This document shows, one piece after another, positions 51,486 to 64,000 of a stretch of 64,000 bases of DNA (the stretch's first letter is position 1; every line of letters begins with the position of its first letter). The translations under genes were made by a program, and so were the position numbers. The DNA comes from Fistulifera solaris (taxonomy: Eukaryota), in contig AP026135.1 of NCBI GenBank assembly GCA_030295235.1, forward strand, positions 310,001-374,000, written 5' to 3'. Under the pieces are notes generated by a model that saw nothing but the letters and a program-made list of their open reading frames with translations, was not told where the DNA came from and made no database searches.

Positions 51486-54049
51486 AGCGCTGGCCTCATC
51501 CTTTCGAAATTGGATTGATATCATGCGCATCAACTGGGTGAGGATTTGAGTCACAAGCTTCATTCTATTTTGTTGTGTCTAGCGTGCATGTTGCAATGTG
51601 TGTGTGGACTTGTTTGGATGAACAGGTACGGTAGTTGTGAAAACGGGGAATTACATTTACGATCATCGATCATTCATCATTCATTCCCCCTCGGATGCCG
51701 CAAACCGGAAACGCAAAGTAGTCTGTCGAAAGTAGGATGTCGGGCGAGTCGTCTTCGGTCTTTGGGTCTTGGATTAGTTTTTTATTACTTACAAACCAAG
51801 TTTCAAAAGATACCGAAGTACCAGTTATAGGTACTAGGTACTACGTAATCAGTTTAATATTTAATAATACTGTTATTTGACTATATATATACGGATTATA
51901 ATTATTCCGACTTGTTTCTTTGGCTTCTGGTCCTCTGAGACTCCGATTGATGATTCACTATTCACAATGACACAACTAGAAAAGGACTGACAAACCTGCA
52001 CCTGCACCGGATTCTAAGTACGATGGATTGCTCTGTGGTGCGCCGTATCTCGGATTTCGCAACAACCTGCTTTACCAGATACTTTGTACGTAGTACCGAT
52101 CGAACCAACGAGAGACTCCAGCGAGATCTAACAAATCTTGGAGCTTTGAGTAGGGTCTTTTCTCTTTTCCATTTTTTGCAACTTGCAACTGATCTGTCCT
52201 AAATAATTGAAGATTATTTATTGGCCTTTGTCCTTTGTCCATCGTCTATTGTCCTAATCCGTATATTTCACCACGCTATAAAGACTACAAAGTACAGAAG
52301 TACACAAGACACAGGACGTCACACGTCACAGGAATCAGGAATGCGCTAGTACAGTTCTACCGAACCGTTGTCATTATTTCTACGGAGTACCAGGTATCAT
52401 TTGAATCGAGCATGCTCGTCATGATCTCTCGCTCGTCTCCGTCTCCGTCTCTCGTCTCTCGTCCCTCTCTCTCTTACAGGGTACTCATGTAAATCTCTGA
52501 AGGGACATTTTAGCTAGTAGCCTCTTAGAGCTACAGTGTTGTCCATGGTCCTCGTCTCTCCAGGAAGTGGTTACCTGGTACGGTAACACTACCTGAATCG
52601 CGATCATCGAAATGGAATTAGCCAGACCCTACCAAACTCATGAGCTATCTTCCCTGGGAAAAACAGAATTTAAAACGGAGTCAAATATAGTTTAGTCTAC
52701 GTTGTTGACTCAGAGTGCATTGAGAAGAATCCTGCTGTTCCATGTTGGAGATGACTTGCTTGGCTGTGGCACCGTTTCTCGTTGTTTCTGGCAATTACTG
52801 GGAAGGGATGTGGCATATCGATTGTATTAGCTTGGCGAACCGGTGCATGAGTGACCGAGGACTGCTTCAACTGACCCGACTATATCTGTCCACATTACCG
52901 ATTAATTTTGTCACAGATGGTAGAGCATATCTATGACAGTTGTTCAGCCATAAACTTTGATCTGCCCTAGCCCGAAAAAAAAACACAATTTTGGATGGTC
53001 AACAATAGCTTGTGTGTTGTTGAGGACCTTTCTAATCGCTAGAAAGATAGTGTGGCTCAGCAACTGTTCATCATGAATCCTAAATCCTTCCACGTTGGAA
53101 CGAACATGGTCACCAATCCGAGAGAAACGCTCGGATGCACAAATGCGAGCACCATCGTATGGACTATGAATCATCCGATCATTAACTGGATACTTTGAAA
53201 ACCTCGGTAGAACGACACTATTAGTGGCGGCATACTCGTCCAGGCGCAGGCATCAGAAAAAGAACATCTGCCCGTAGCGCAGCGATGGTGTCCGAGTGAA
53301 TCCCCTCTCCCTTTGCTTTTTCTTCTGTGAGATTCCAGACTGCCTCAATAGAATGCCACATTTTGACAATGTTTGTGATAGAGTTCTAATCCAATGAAGG
53401 TATCTTCCAAGGTAAGTAAAGAAGCAACCCTTTTCATCGGTAGTGTTACTTACCTTTCGCCGAAAATCTCCATGTTGCTCTAGAAACTGTGCCTCGGTAT
53501 CAGTGGCAAAATATACCCTTGTCTGTATATAGCTTCAAGTATTAAATTTCGTCTTTGCTGATATCACCGCCATTTCCGAAACAACGTGCGGCGTTGTGCT
53601 CTGTCTCGTTATAGTGCACACAAATGTGGCAGTTTCTACTATAACGGAACATATTTTTCCGAACACCCGCGGCAGCCCGGAAAAGAGCAGGGCATAGTGC
53701 GATTGCTGCATTTCTTCATTGTTTCTTCCACAGCTGCATTTCCGGCTAACTGATCGACAGGGAAAATGATTTCACTGATTATCTGAGCTGAAATCTGTAA
53801 AGAGCTTATCATCACCATTGATGCCGCGGCAATCGCAATATAAAGGAATGGCTTCAGAGCAAGCGTCCATCTTACCCTAAATTCTCACGTATTCCATTTC
53901 TTTGTTGTGCTTTGCTTTGTCTTGTTTTGCCTTCGTGTTTAGGCTAGCGACGAATAAGAGCTCAAAATGGTTTTGCAAATTGCATTAAGTCACTACTAAG
54001 TCAGTCACACCTTTCGAAAGGCTTTCACATTCTACGCTTAAAGTACCTG

Positions 54050-54329
54050 TAAATAATTTGAGATGTACAACGTACAGGCCGTAATGAACGTCTATTTTAC
54101 CAATCATTCAAAACTATCAAAAGCGAACAACATCCGTTGAAGTTGAGCGGATAGCGTTCGCATATCTATTCAACTCCAACTGTTATAAAACGTTCTCATT
54201 CATTCCAGTCCATTCCAGGATAATCTAAGATCCTTTGGCTGTTCAAATAGATGAGAACCACTAGATAAACGTTAAGCCGTGTATGACTCAACATATCATC
54301 CTGAACCCTAACACATCAGAATTCATTTA
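54050..54329 (-). repeat. 3' LTR (280 bp)
   Basis: Identical to 59128-59408 except one A in an A-run; preceded on the minus strand by polypurine tract GAGAGGAG. Confidence 0.95.
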
Positions 54330-54462
54330 CTCCTCTCGTTTCAACAAATTGCCTCAGTTTCGTTGATACGCAAGTTGCAAACATTCTGTAGTGTGGTCTC
54401 ATTAGGCCTGCCAACCTGAATTTATAAATAGCGCACATCCATTTTGGATGTATCAGGAGGAA

Positions 54463-57400
54463 TCATCGATACCTGCGCCAGGGGCGTTCTTCTTTAAAAA
54501 AACTTGTCGCACTTTCTTTATAAAAATCTTCCGTAAGTGCTCTCGCCTTTTCGCCGTTGGTAGCATCTTTGTAAACAAATCTGCGACATTCGTTTCCGTC
54601 AGGTTCTTTACCAACTCGAATCCAACCAGCAGCACACGCTTCTCGCACGGCGTGAAAGCAAATTGCATTATGCTTCTTGTTAAGTCGTGCTTCCATTTTG
54701 GAGACACTGTTAACAACGCTTTCGTTATCGCCCAAGACTGATGTCGGGCCCACAATTGGAATACCAAACATTCGTAGCTTATATCGTAATGCTTGAATCC
54801 TTTCCATTGTAATTCGCATTGCCACAAACTCTGATCCAAATGTTGATGATTCGACGGTGTTTTGTTTCTTTGAATACCAGTCGATGGGAGCGTTATTCAA
54901 GTAAATCAGAAATCCTGTTTGTGATCGTCGAGTTTTCGTATCACCTGCATGATTTGCATCCACGAAACACGTCATATGGACTGATTTCCCGAGTGGTTCG
55001 GGCATATTCGGTGGTAACTCTTCTGACACATCACCATAAACAGAATCACTCCAATCGGTCTTCGGAAAAACGTCGTCATTCAACTCAATGACCTTTGGAT
55101 CAAAAAATCATGTTCGATTTCTTGTGGTTGTCAAGGTACGCAAAAATCTTGTATACAGCCTCAAGATGTCCTTCTCTGGGCAGACACAAATGACTTGACA
55201 GTAATGATGTTTCCAACAAAATGTCTACTCGTTCGAGTTCACATGCCCATCGCAACATGCCGATAAGTTGTTGATATCTTGTTGCAAGCTCTGGTGTAAG
55301 CTCATTAGTAGTATCCTCTTCAGGTCTATAATTTTCGGGCATCGGACGTTCATTACCTCTTGTCTTTAAATAGCGGTGATCTTTAGCAAGCATGCCTTTG
55401 ACAATGTCAATGGCTCCCCTGATATAATCGTCACTCGACAAGGACCAAGTAATACGCCCATCACTCAATTGTGTCTTCATTACATTTGCCCCCAGATACC
55501 GTTCTGGCTCTTCGGCTTGTTCTCTCAGTGAATACACTTTGCTGAGAATTTCCATCGTAGCGTTCGGCTTTTCACTCACGCAAAGAATATCATCCACGTA
55601 TGTTAGGACAAATTCATAATAGTGATCGCCATTCTGTTTGATACTGCGTCTCCTGTACACATCAGGATCGGCTACTGTAGAAACATATCCCATATCAAAC
55701 AACGTTTCGGATAAAGTCTTTCTCCAACTATACCCCGAACTCTTGAGTCCGTAGAGTGCTTTTCGTATTATCATACAAGCTCCTCTCAAATCGTCATTAA
55801 ATTCAAGGCCTGCCGCAACCCATATCTTTTCCTTGCATGGTGCATTTAAATAAGCATTCGTTACGTCGCAGCCGAGAATATTCAAGTCATTCAATGCAGC
55901 GTGCACAAAAATGCGATTCGTACTGACTCTCTTGTGACCACTGATGAGTATGTCAAATGTGCCGGTACCTCTCCCGGTCATGTTGCCATCCGCAACATAC
56001 CTTGCCTTTCGAGTAAACTTGCCATCCATCTTGATATCGAATATCATATGACATTTTATTTCTCGAAACCCCGGTAGTTTGGCTTTTCCTTGCCGAATGT
56101 CGTCGGCTGATCCGCCCATTCCACCTTTCGAATGTACCCATTGACATTATTTTACCCATCTCTTTTTCAATTGCTCGACGCTAATAATCGGTTCCAGTTT
56201 CTTTGTCGATTTGAAGTGCCTCTTTCACCGTTTTAGGAATCCTTATCCCAAACTTGTGAGTCGTTTTCCAGTATCTCGATTTCACCTTTGCAATTACAGA
56301 ATTTCTCTGTCGGAGGACGTCTTTGACCCACCATGCAAATGCCGGTTCGTCATCGATACCATTCGCTTTCGCATATTCTGCTACTTGCACCGGATAAGCT
56401 TCCTTCAAATCCTTTAATGGAACCCAGTCGGCATGCCCTTCCATCCATTCGACTAGAAGTAGCCAACCTTTTGTCGTCATTTTGTGATAATCACGGTTAT
56501 TGTATCTGTAAATTCCGTGTTCCTTATCAATCGCCGAATCCAGTTTTCGATGGTCTGAAATTTCCTTCAGCAGTCGATATGATCTGCCCTCGCTGTCAAC
56601 TTCAGAAAACATACATTCTGCAATGTTATTCGCAAAAAGTTCTCTAATAGTTCCGTCAGCGAGTTTCACATTATACAACCTTGTGTCCATCATTGGCATT
56701 AGGTGTCTAACACCTATCGGCTTGCCATCCGAGTCTCGTTTTCGCTCAATTACAGTTCCTGCAATTCTGCCGTCTCCGACTGGTAATAAAATTTCCGCAT
56801 TGATATATTGATCGTATGCATTTATATCCCATACATCATCGGCTTCGCGAATAGGACTCTCTTCCTCTCCTTCAACGATCGGGTCATCGTCTTCGAGATA
56901 AAGAATTCCTGTCGTTATATCATTGCTGATATAATTCTTATCATCCAACCGTCCATTAATTTCAGTATCGAACTTCTCCATCCGTAATCGTACCTCATTG
57001 GATAGTTGTTCCTGAAGATTAAATGGTTGTACTGATGATCGCGACAAAACGACTCCTTTCTGAGTCAAAACAAAATAGCACATAGCTGCTCCAACCCGAT
57101 ATGAAACGCCCAACCATCTTCCAAGCTCGGGTGGTGATTCCTTATCATTCGGATTATTCAAGTACCACACCCAGTCATAAAACTCAAAGTCAATATACTC
57201 GGAAATGTCTGGCGTTTCTCCGGTCATAATCTCGTACGGTGTACGATCGGATCCTGACCTAACCGTTCTGGACATTACCTCTGCAACGTGCGTCAGCCCA
57301 TAATCCCATAACCGTTTCGGAATCATTCGACGATGCTGCAAAAGTTTCCATCTCCGACGAACTTCTCGAATCGCGCCTTCAGCTTGATTCTGCCAATGTG

Positions 57401-59099
57401 AGTATGGCTCGGAGTTTGCCCAATCCATCTTGTAATGACGAATATGCTCCATCCACTTTGTATTCATGCCAAGTTTCTCTTTTGCGTCATCAACAACAAT
57501 CTTTTGTGGGATACCCACTTCTTGAATAAACTCACGCAACGCATTTGCAACTGTTTCACCTGTTTTATTCGGTGTCGGCTTGACTGTTACAAATTTTCCG
57601 TCTGTGAATACTTCCGCGCATTTATTTCCACGCAAGCTCTTTGTTTTTGAGAACATTGTATCATTAAAGACTGTTGCGCGAATCCGTCGATGCGTTGTTT
57701 GCATGATGTCAGTTCGATATCTTCGTATCAGTGGACCTGTCGCAGTTCTTACACCAAAATTCGTTGTTGCTTTCAGCGTCTTTCGAGCTGTTTCCAAGCC
57801 GCAACCAAACTTTTTCGAAATTTCTTCAGGCGTCGCACGTGAATGTCGTTCACCGCTTCCTATTGCACACATCTTTGCATCAATTGACTCCTCTGAAATA
57901 CGCTCCTCTGCCCTCGGCAGTGTATCATATTCAGATGCAATTTTCACCGATGCAATTAACCGTTGTGTCAATACTTTCTCGGAGTAAACGGAACTGCAAT
58001 TATTCAACAATCTATCGAATTCAGGTTCATCGTGCCGGAGAAAAGCAATATCCTCCTCGATAATATCCGGTTCGATCTTGACCTGACCGACCAATTTGTC
58101 ACGCTCCATCATCGGTGCTTTATTTTGTTCGAGAATGCGAAAACAATCCGTCAACTTTGTGACATAACGTTCGAGCGGATAGCTTGCCTCATTTTTGTAC
58201 TCTGTTTTCTTGATCTCTGCTCGGGCCATCGCAATTCGTTTCTCAATTGCATGTGGTCCGTCATAGTGGTAACAAAGACGTTTCCATACTTGGCGCCCAT
58301 CTTGAGTTGTCGTACTTGCCACGTAAGCCCATCCATCGGTATTACGAAATACTTGTACTAACTGTTGATAAACCCTTGCATTGTCCGCGTCATACTCTGG
58401 ACCATTATGTCTTGCATTCCACATACGTGCCTCTGTGAAACTGAGCACACCTTCTGGGTGCGTTTCACCTCGAATGACGTAAAACAATGGGATTTTTCGA
58501 GTTCCTTTCGTTTGACGAAAATAATTTTCCAATCCGTCTTTGAAAGATACCCAATCCTTGTGATCAAATTTCTCCGGTAATGTCACATCAACCTTGTCAT
58601 CACCAATCACAACTGCTTTTGATTCCTTTTGCCATTCGCGAAGGTATGGCATCGATACTTTATAAGCATCAAGAATACCGTCGCCCGATCGTGTAAGTTC
58701 GTGCAAAAGTGATACAAGTGCCTTCACTTTTGGAACCACACCAAGACCAAGAACCATTCCTCCTCTGTTTTGCGAAGCTCGGGAGAGAATTTTCAAGTGC
58801 TCATCGATGTCGTCCTCTTTGATCTCTGCCAGATCTTCAAGACAAACGATGTCGTTCCCCATTAAACTTGTGATCTGTGCATTCGTCATACCACATTGAA
58901 CGAGAACAAAGCGTGCACCTTGAATACCATTCAAAGGACTTCCCGGAGGAGGATTCGGAAAGTTATCCGGAATCCGATAATTCGTCGGTTCATGCGGAAT
59001 GACTTCCCCTTCAGGTACCGGAATTGCATCATTCGGAGGACCATGTCCGGCCGCAATCCTTTCGATAGCAATTTCCATCAACCGCCCGTAAGACTCCAT
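54463..59099 (-). pseudogene. Copia gag-pol polyprotein, disrupted
   Basis: 972 aa gag-integrase ORF ends at TAG where TDYW is expected (56181-56183); RT and RNaseH continue in shifted frames; no protease motif seen. Confidence 0.8.
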
Positions 59100-59127
59100 T
59101 GTTGATAGAATCTGGGTCTGTATAAAC

Positions 59128-59408
59128 TAAATAATTTGAGATGTACAACGTACAGGCCGTAATGAACGTCTATTTTACCAATCATTCAAAACTATCAAAA
59201 AGCGAACAACATCCGTTGAAGTTGAGCGGATAGCGTTCGCATATCTATTCAACTCCAACTGTTATAAAACGTTCTCATTCATTCCAGTCCATTCCAGGAT
59301 AATCTAAGATCCTTTGGCTGTTCAAATAGATGAGAACCACTAGATAAACGTTAAGCCGTGTATGACTCAACATATCATCCTGAACCCTAACACATCAGAA
59401 TTCATTTA
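59128..59408 (-). repeat. 5' LTR (281 bp)
   Basis: Direct repeat of 54050-54329. Confidence 0.95.
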
Positions 59409-59430
59409 CCTGGTACTCCAGTCGGAGTCA

Positions 59431-59511
59431 GGGAGGGACGTTAAAATTCTGCCTCCCAGTACAAGATTCTACGTATCGTCTACGACGAGGCAGAATTTTA
59501 ACGCCGTTCCC
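59431..59511. repeat. Short foldback / MITE-like inverted repeat
   Basis: Perfect 17-bp inverted repeat cgttaaaattctgcctc (59439-59455) / gaggcagaattttaacg (59487-59503) with imperfect ggga..tccc extension. Confidence 0.75.
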
Positions 59512-59686
59512 AGACGTCATCAATACAGTACCGTACCCAGTATTAGTCTAGCCAGTAGACAATGAGAGACCGTTCTCATGTTTCATAGAAAGTTTATTTC
59601 ATTCTAACTTGCTTGTTAAAGATGTTTGGCATCTCAAAAAGTTGCAATCTAATAAAGAATTTAGAACGCCATGATATGCCCGGCTT

Positions 59687-60979
59687 TCATTCACTTCGGG
59701 GCTTTTTGGCTGAATCGGACTGGTCGTCCACTGGCCTTTTCTTCTTCTTGACGGCCATTAGGGGTTGTGCGGCAGCTGTTGTAGCAGCTGCTTCCGAGCT
59801 ACCGAAGCCAATTTGTGTCGTCACTCCACCTCCCTCCGTAGATTCCTCTTCAGCTACTGCACCAGCTACCATAGCCCTTATCTCCGCCTTCAGATCTGCC
59901 ATCTCACGGACTCCCTGTTCCGATGTTTCAGCTTCGTCGATTGTTTCTTGGATCTCATCTAGAAGCTCTCGAATCTCATGAAATGTGTGGGAATCTTCTA
60001 GAGGCGGCGACAGATTCGCAACGTGCTCGCGAAGTTTGCGGAGCTTGACGCCAGCCATTTTTGGGTGATCGACAGTGTAATCTTCTTCTCCAGTACTTTT
60101 GAAATTTGGAATATCCGATTCGCATTTTGCAATGAATTCGAAAGCATCAAGACCACAAATATTGGCCAACTGTCCGGAGAGAGTTCTAGCACAGGTATAG
60201 AAATTATGAAAACTCTGGGCGCGATGTTGAGCCATGAATCTTTGGGTAGCCTCATCCATTGCTTCTTCTTCCCCAGCCGCATTCGCCTCCGCAACAAGCA
60301 TCAAGCGCGACAAGCCAAGATTGTAATGGACATCGGCGATTTTCCTATCGTACGGTCCGATCGCTGGGTTATCTTGACGGTAACGTAAACACGATTCATA
60401 ATCACCAATTGCGTTTTCGTACTTCCCATTCATTTTGTGAAGATCTCCTTCTCGCAAGTAGATTTGTGCTAGATCCAGCTTCAATTTGTCAGGCGCATCA
60501 GGGCTTGCTATCATACGCTCCACAATCGCTCTAGCGATATCCAAATTCTCCCAAGCAATTTGCGAGTCATCTTCCGGGGCGTTTTCTCCGTCTTCTTCGG
60601 GATTCTCCGGCGATTCATGCTGCTGAGCGATTTTTTGGGTGTCAGAGGACTCTTCAATCGAGTAGAGTAAGGTAGTACCGTAAAGATAATGAAAGGGGGC
60701 CATGGATTCATGCAAAGCTGCGTCGTCCTCACTCATACCCAATTGCAAAAGATCGCTTTTGAAAGACTCAATACCTTCTTCGATAGTAGCTAAGGCATCC
60801 TCAAAGCTTCCTTCATTCAATAAAGCCTTTGCGGAAAGGTAGTAAGTGGAGCTCTCCGAGCTGGCATAGGTCGGAGTTGGAGATGGTTTCATCGACTGCG
60901 ACGACGACGGCGGATCTTTGAGATTCGCAATAGGCGCCGTCGTGTCTGTATCCGACGGGTGAGATGGAGGTGCAGCCAT
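59687..60979 (-). CDS. NASP/Sim3-like histone chaperone (SHNi-TPR)
   Basis: YLYGTTLL, acidic insert, DDSQIAWENLDIAR, IADVHYNLG, C-terminal TTQIGFG + NLS KKKKRP. Confidence 0.88.
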   Translation of the reverse strand: MAAPPSHPSDTDTTAPIANLKDPPSSSQSMKPSPTPTYASSESSTYYLSAKALLNEGSFEDALATIEEGIESFKSDLLQLGMSEDDAALHESMAPFHYLYGTTLLYSIEESSDTQKIAQQHESPENPEEDGENAPEDDSQIAWENLDIARAIVERMIASPDAPDKLKLDLAQIYLREGDLHKMNGKYENAIGDYESCLRYRQDNPAIGPYDRKIADVHYNLGLSRLMLVAEANAAGEEEAMDEATQRFMAQHRAQSFHNFYTCARTLSGQLANICGLDAFEFIAKCESDIPNFKSTGEEDYTVDHPKMAGVKLRKLREHVANLSPPLEDSHTFHEIRELLDEIQETIDEAETSEQGVREMADLKAEIRAMVAGAVAEEESTEGGGVTTQIGFGSSEAAATTAAAQPLMAVKKKKRPVDDQSDSAKKPRSE

Positions 60980-61507
60980 TCTTGATTCCTTGATAATATT
61001 GTTGTGATTGCGAGTTGCGATCGATGTCTCTAGGCGTTCGGAAGAAAATGATTATAACACAATCGCCATTTCTCCACCCATGCTGCGAGCTGCGAAAAGG
61101 CGCGAAACGATTTTAGTTCGATAGAGTGTAGTACTAAATCTACACAAGCGTACGGTGTGACCGGCCCGGCGTCTTGAGTCTTGACGACGGCGCGTGAATG
61201 AAGTCAACGATGGAATGCTAGATATTATTCTTCACCCTAATAATCAATCAAAGAACTGTCAGACTTGCCATACTTTATACATATCTTCAGTCATGAACTT
61301 TCGATAAGTCAGTTGTCCTTTGTTTTTCAGTACCGTTTCAATCTACCTTTATATAAAAATCGTAATAGCTGTAATCCACATAAGGGTTTCACGTCGGCAT
61401 TGCCACCGCCCTTTGCGGATTGCGATTTTGGGAACCATGAAACGCGTCTTTCGTGGAAAAAAACCTTGTGTGCTGCACTTTTGTAACAGGAAGTCGACAC
61501 GCCGAAC

Positions 61508-63146
61508 ATGAGTGTCACGGACTACAAAATGGTCGATGACCGACCAGCCGATCGGTACGGTTCGACAACTGAAAGTGGAATCTCCGGTCTTGGGGGAACA
61601 ATGTCAGATAGGGACGGTTTAATGCGCGGCTCGTCCAGCGACGAATCGTCTTACGATGATGATGAATTGTCCAGCGAAGGAGAACAGATGACAGTTGAGG
61701 AGCTGATCTACAGCAGTTCTTCATACTACGCTATAGCGAAACCAGTCACGTTAACAATGGTGCTGTCGGCTCTTGCGGTCGTTCTCATTAATGATGACGC
61801 CACCAAACAAGGCAATGAGGCAGCAATGGCAAGCGCTTATCAATATTTTAGTGTCAACGATGCGGGTCAATCCAGCGGTCAAAATCTGGCTTACAGCCTC
61901 GCAAACGCGTTGATCATAGTTTCGGCCATTTGTGGTATGACTTTCATGATTGTTGTGCTCTATCGGATGAAATTTATGAAGTGTTTGATTGGATATATGA
62001 TCTTTTGTTCAGGGACGCTTCTTGGCATGCTTGGTGGGAACGTTTTGCAGACAGCCGTTCAGGTTTACAATATCCCCATCGACAAAGGAACTTTTTACTT
62101 ATTTTTGTACAATTTCTGCATTGTCGGAGTACTGGCGGTCTTTTTTCGGGCAGGGCATTCCAACTACTGTAACGCAAGGATATCTGGTTGCGACATCGGT
62201 CATTCTCGCTTGGCATTTGAGCTTTTTCGATGACTGGACGGCGTGGACGCTTCTTTTGATGCTGGCTTTGTATGATTTGTGCGCCGTGCTCACACCCTGC
62301 GGACCGTTGAAGTTTCTAGTCGAAGCCATGTCGCAAGAAGGCTCTCCTGAAATGCCTGGCTTATTATTTGAGGCTGAATTACCTCCCGAGGCAAAACGAC
62401 CTGGTGGCTCCTCAAGAGGACGCGCTAATATTGCAGCATCCGCCAGTGACGTTGAGCGTAGTGCTCCTTCGAATCCCATTTCTCAGCCGACGGACGGGCT
62501 TAGTGAGAGTCCTCGCGTCAAAATTCCTTTGGCGATTGCCAAGGTATACCAGCTCCCAGTCGTTTCCATTCCTTCAAGTTCAATGTCTATCATGTTCCCG
62601 GATAGAAACAGCGACACGATAGGAACAACGTCACCGCTTCTTACAAATTCTGACTCCACAATTATTCTTCCCGACAACCCAAGTGCCGAGCAACTCCTCG
62701 CCAAAGTTGTAGTCCGATTACCAGCTCATGGCGGGAGACTTGAACATGTTCAACGAAGAGGCAAGAAGGTTTATCTAGAACGTGACCGACACGGTGTCCC
62801 TAAAAGATATCTTTGGGTGGATCGCAACGGAAAAGTGTTTGCTGAAATGAAAGATGGCGATGAAGAAAAGCCAGAAAAGAATTCCATTCGTCTGGGATTG
62901 GGTGACTTTATCTTCTATTCCGTTCTGGTGGCAAAAGCAGCACAGTATAGTTTTGCTACTTTTGCAGCTTGTATATTGGTGATTTTGGCTGGGTTGGGTG
63001 GAACTTTGGTGTTACTATCCGTGTATCACCATGCTTTACCAGCACTGCCCATCTCTATTTTCATGGGCATTGTTTTTTACGTGTTCACACGATGGTTCAT
63101 CGAGCCGTGGGTCGAGGCCGTATTAGAGACACCATACTATGTCTAA
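61508..63146 (+). CDS. PSEN: Presenilin (gamma-secretase catalytic subunit)
   Basis: PVTLTM, ALYDLCAVLTPCGPL, RLGLGDFIFYS, PALPISI; shift at T-run ~62143. Confidence 0.96.
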
Positions 63147-63392
63147 ACCTTTGTTTTACTTTATTTTGACTTCCGAACTATTCTTTCTCAAGTATTTATG
63201 TAGACTAATCGAAACGATGGCTACAGTTCTCCACCTTGTTATTGGCACCGCAACATAGGGATAGGGATCATCCCGCGTCCGAGCGTTTTTGCGTTCCGCC
63301 GACGCCGACGGCGCAAAACATGGAAGTCGTTAAGTCGTTTATTTTGCTGCTGAAAAAGCAAACGTAAATGCGGCCTACTATGGAAGACTGAA

Positions 63393-64000
63393 ATGCGATT
63401 TACTGTTTGCAACCGAGCCTGCATACTGGCTTCTAATCTATCGCAGCGAACGTGGAAACGACAATGGCCGTTCACGAAGAATGAACACCTTTGGAGGGCC
63501 AGTACGAATAATTCTTCTTTTTATTGCAAACATTCTGGGGCTGTAGCATGTCACATATCTCATCTTTCAAGGGCTCCAACGACGTCTGACGTTGAGAATG
63601 AGACATGGTTGCTGCAGAGCTCCGAGAAAGCCAGAACCGATAGCTATCTTCGCGTTTTACAAGAGCTAGCCTCGTCGAAGCTCCCAGATGCACCTCTAAG
63701 AGCCGAACGTTGGTTGATGCAACTAGAAAAGAAAGAAACGCCCACTTCAGAAGCCTACGAGTACGTTATTCGTGCATGGGCTGCGGCAAGTCACGAAGAT
63801 CCGACACGAGTGGTGGTCCGAGCCGAGCGCTGGTTATGGAAACAAAATACTCCGAATACGGCTTGTTTCAACGCATTTCTAGATGCATGTTCATTAGGTA
63901 GAGGACTGAAAACAAATCGTCAACTTGTTAGAAAGCATGCTTGCAAAGCTCAGGAGACATTACTGTACATGTTAAGGCACAATGTACCCTGCACAGTGGA
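63393..64000 (+). CDS. Pentatricopeptide-repeat-like protein (partial, runs off window)
   Basis: Open frame from ATG 63393 to the window end: PTSEAYEYVIRAWA, RAERWL twice, PNTACFNAFLDACS. Confidence 0.7.
   Translation, partial: MRFTVCNRACILASNLSQRTWKRQWPFTKNEHLWRASTNNSSFYCKHSGAVACHISHLSRAPTTSDVENETWLLQSSEKARTDSYLRVLQELASSKLPDAPLRAERWLMQLEKKETPTSEAYEYVIRAWAAASHEDPTRVVVRAERWLWKQNTPNTACFNAFLDACSLGRGLKTNRQLVRKHACKAQETLLYMLRHNVPCTV

Larger units (their letters stand above)
54050..59408 (-). mobile_element. Ty1/copia LTR retrotransposon (CoDi-like), full LTR pair
   Basis: Direct LTRs, gag-integrase-RT-RNaseH order, YVDD, FVDANHAGD, KKQNTVESSTFGSEF; CCTG flanks both ends. Confidence 0.97.

Overview
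Gene-dense eukaryotic nuclear DNA, most likely a pennate diatom. This is inferred from short GT-AG introns of mostly 60-90 nt, bipartite signal peptide + 'A-F' plastid presequences, and a CoDi-type Ty1/copia element. About 25 protein genes are supported: two mucin-like TM-PDZ paralogues, a PDK/BCKDK-like kinase, V-ATPase c, an SR splicing factor, RluA, an EttA-like ABC-F, an ERCC6L2-like SNF2, NF-YB, an NSD-like SET protein, eIF4B-like, PIG-A, NDPK, COG7, SAC1, Med17-like, an oxoglutarate/malate carrier, ACS-like, HPPD, GT92-like, NASP, presenilin, a PPR protein and two unknowns. Many conserved genes are broken by single-base shifts, mostly in homopolymer runs. These look like long-read assembly errors, so CDS coordinates are gene spans. 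The non-genic highlights are: (1) a ~2.3 kb AT-rich, gene-free island (candidate centromere); (2) a young copia element with identical LTRs, non-canonical TA...TA ends, no visible protease and a palindromic GTAC target site; (3) recurrent GGTACC arrays upstream of genes; (4) two small dispersed repeat families; (5) a MULE-like remnant.
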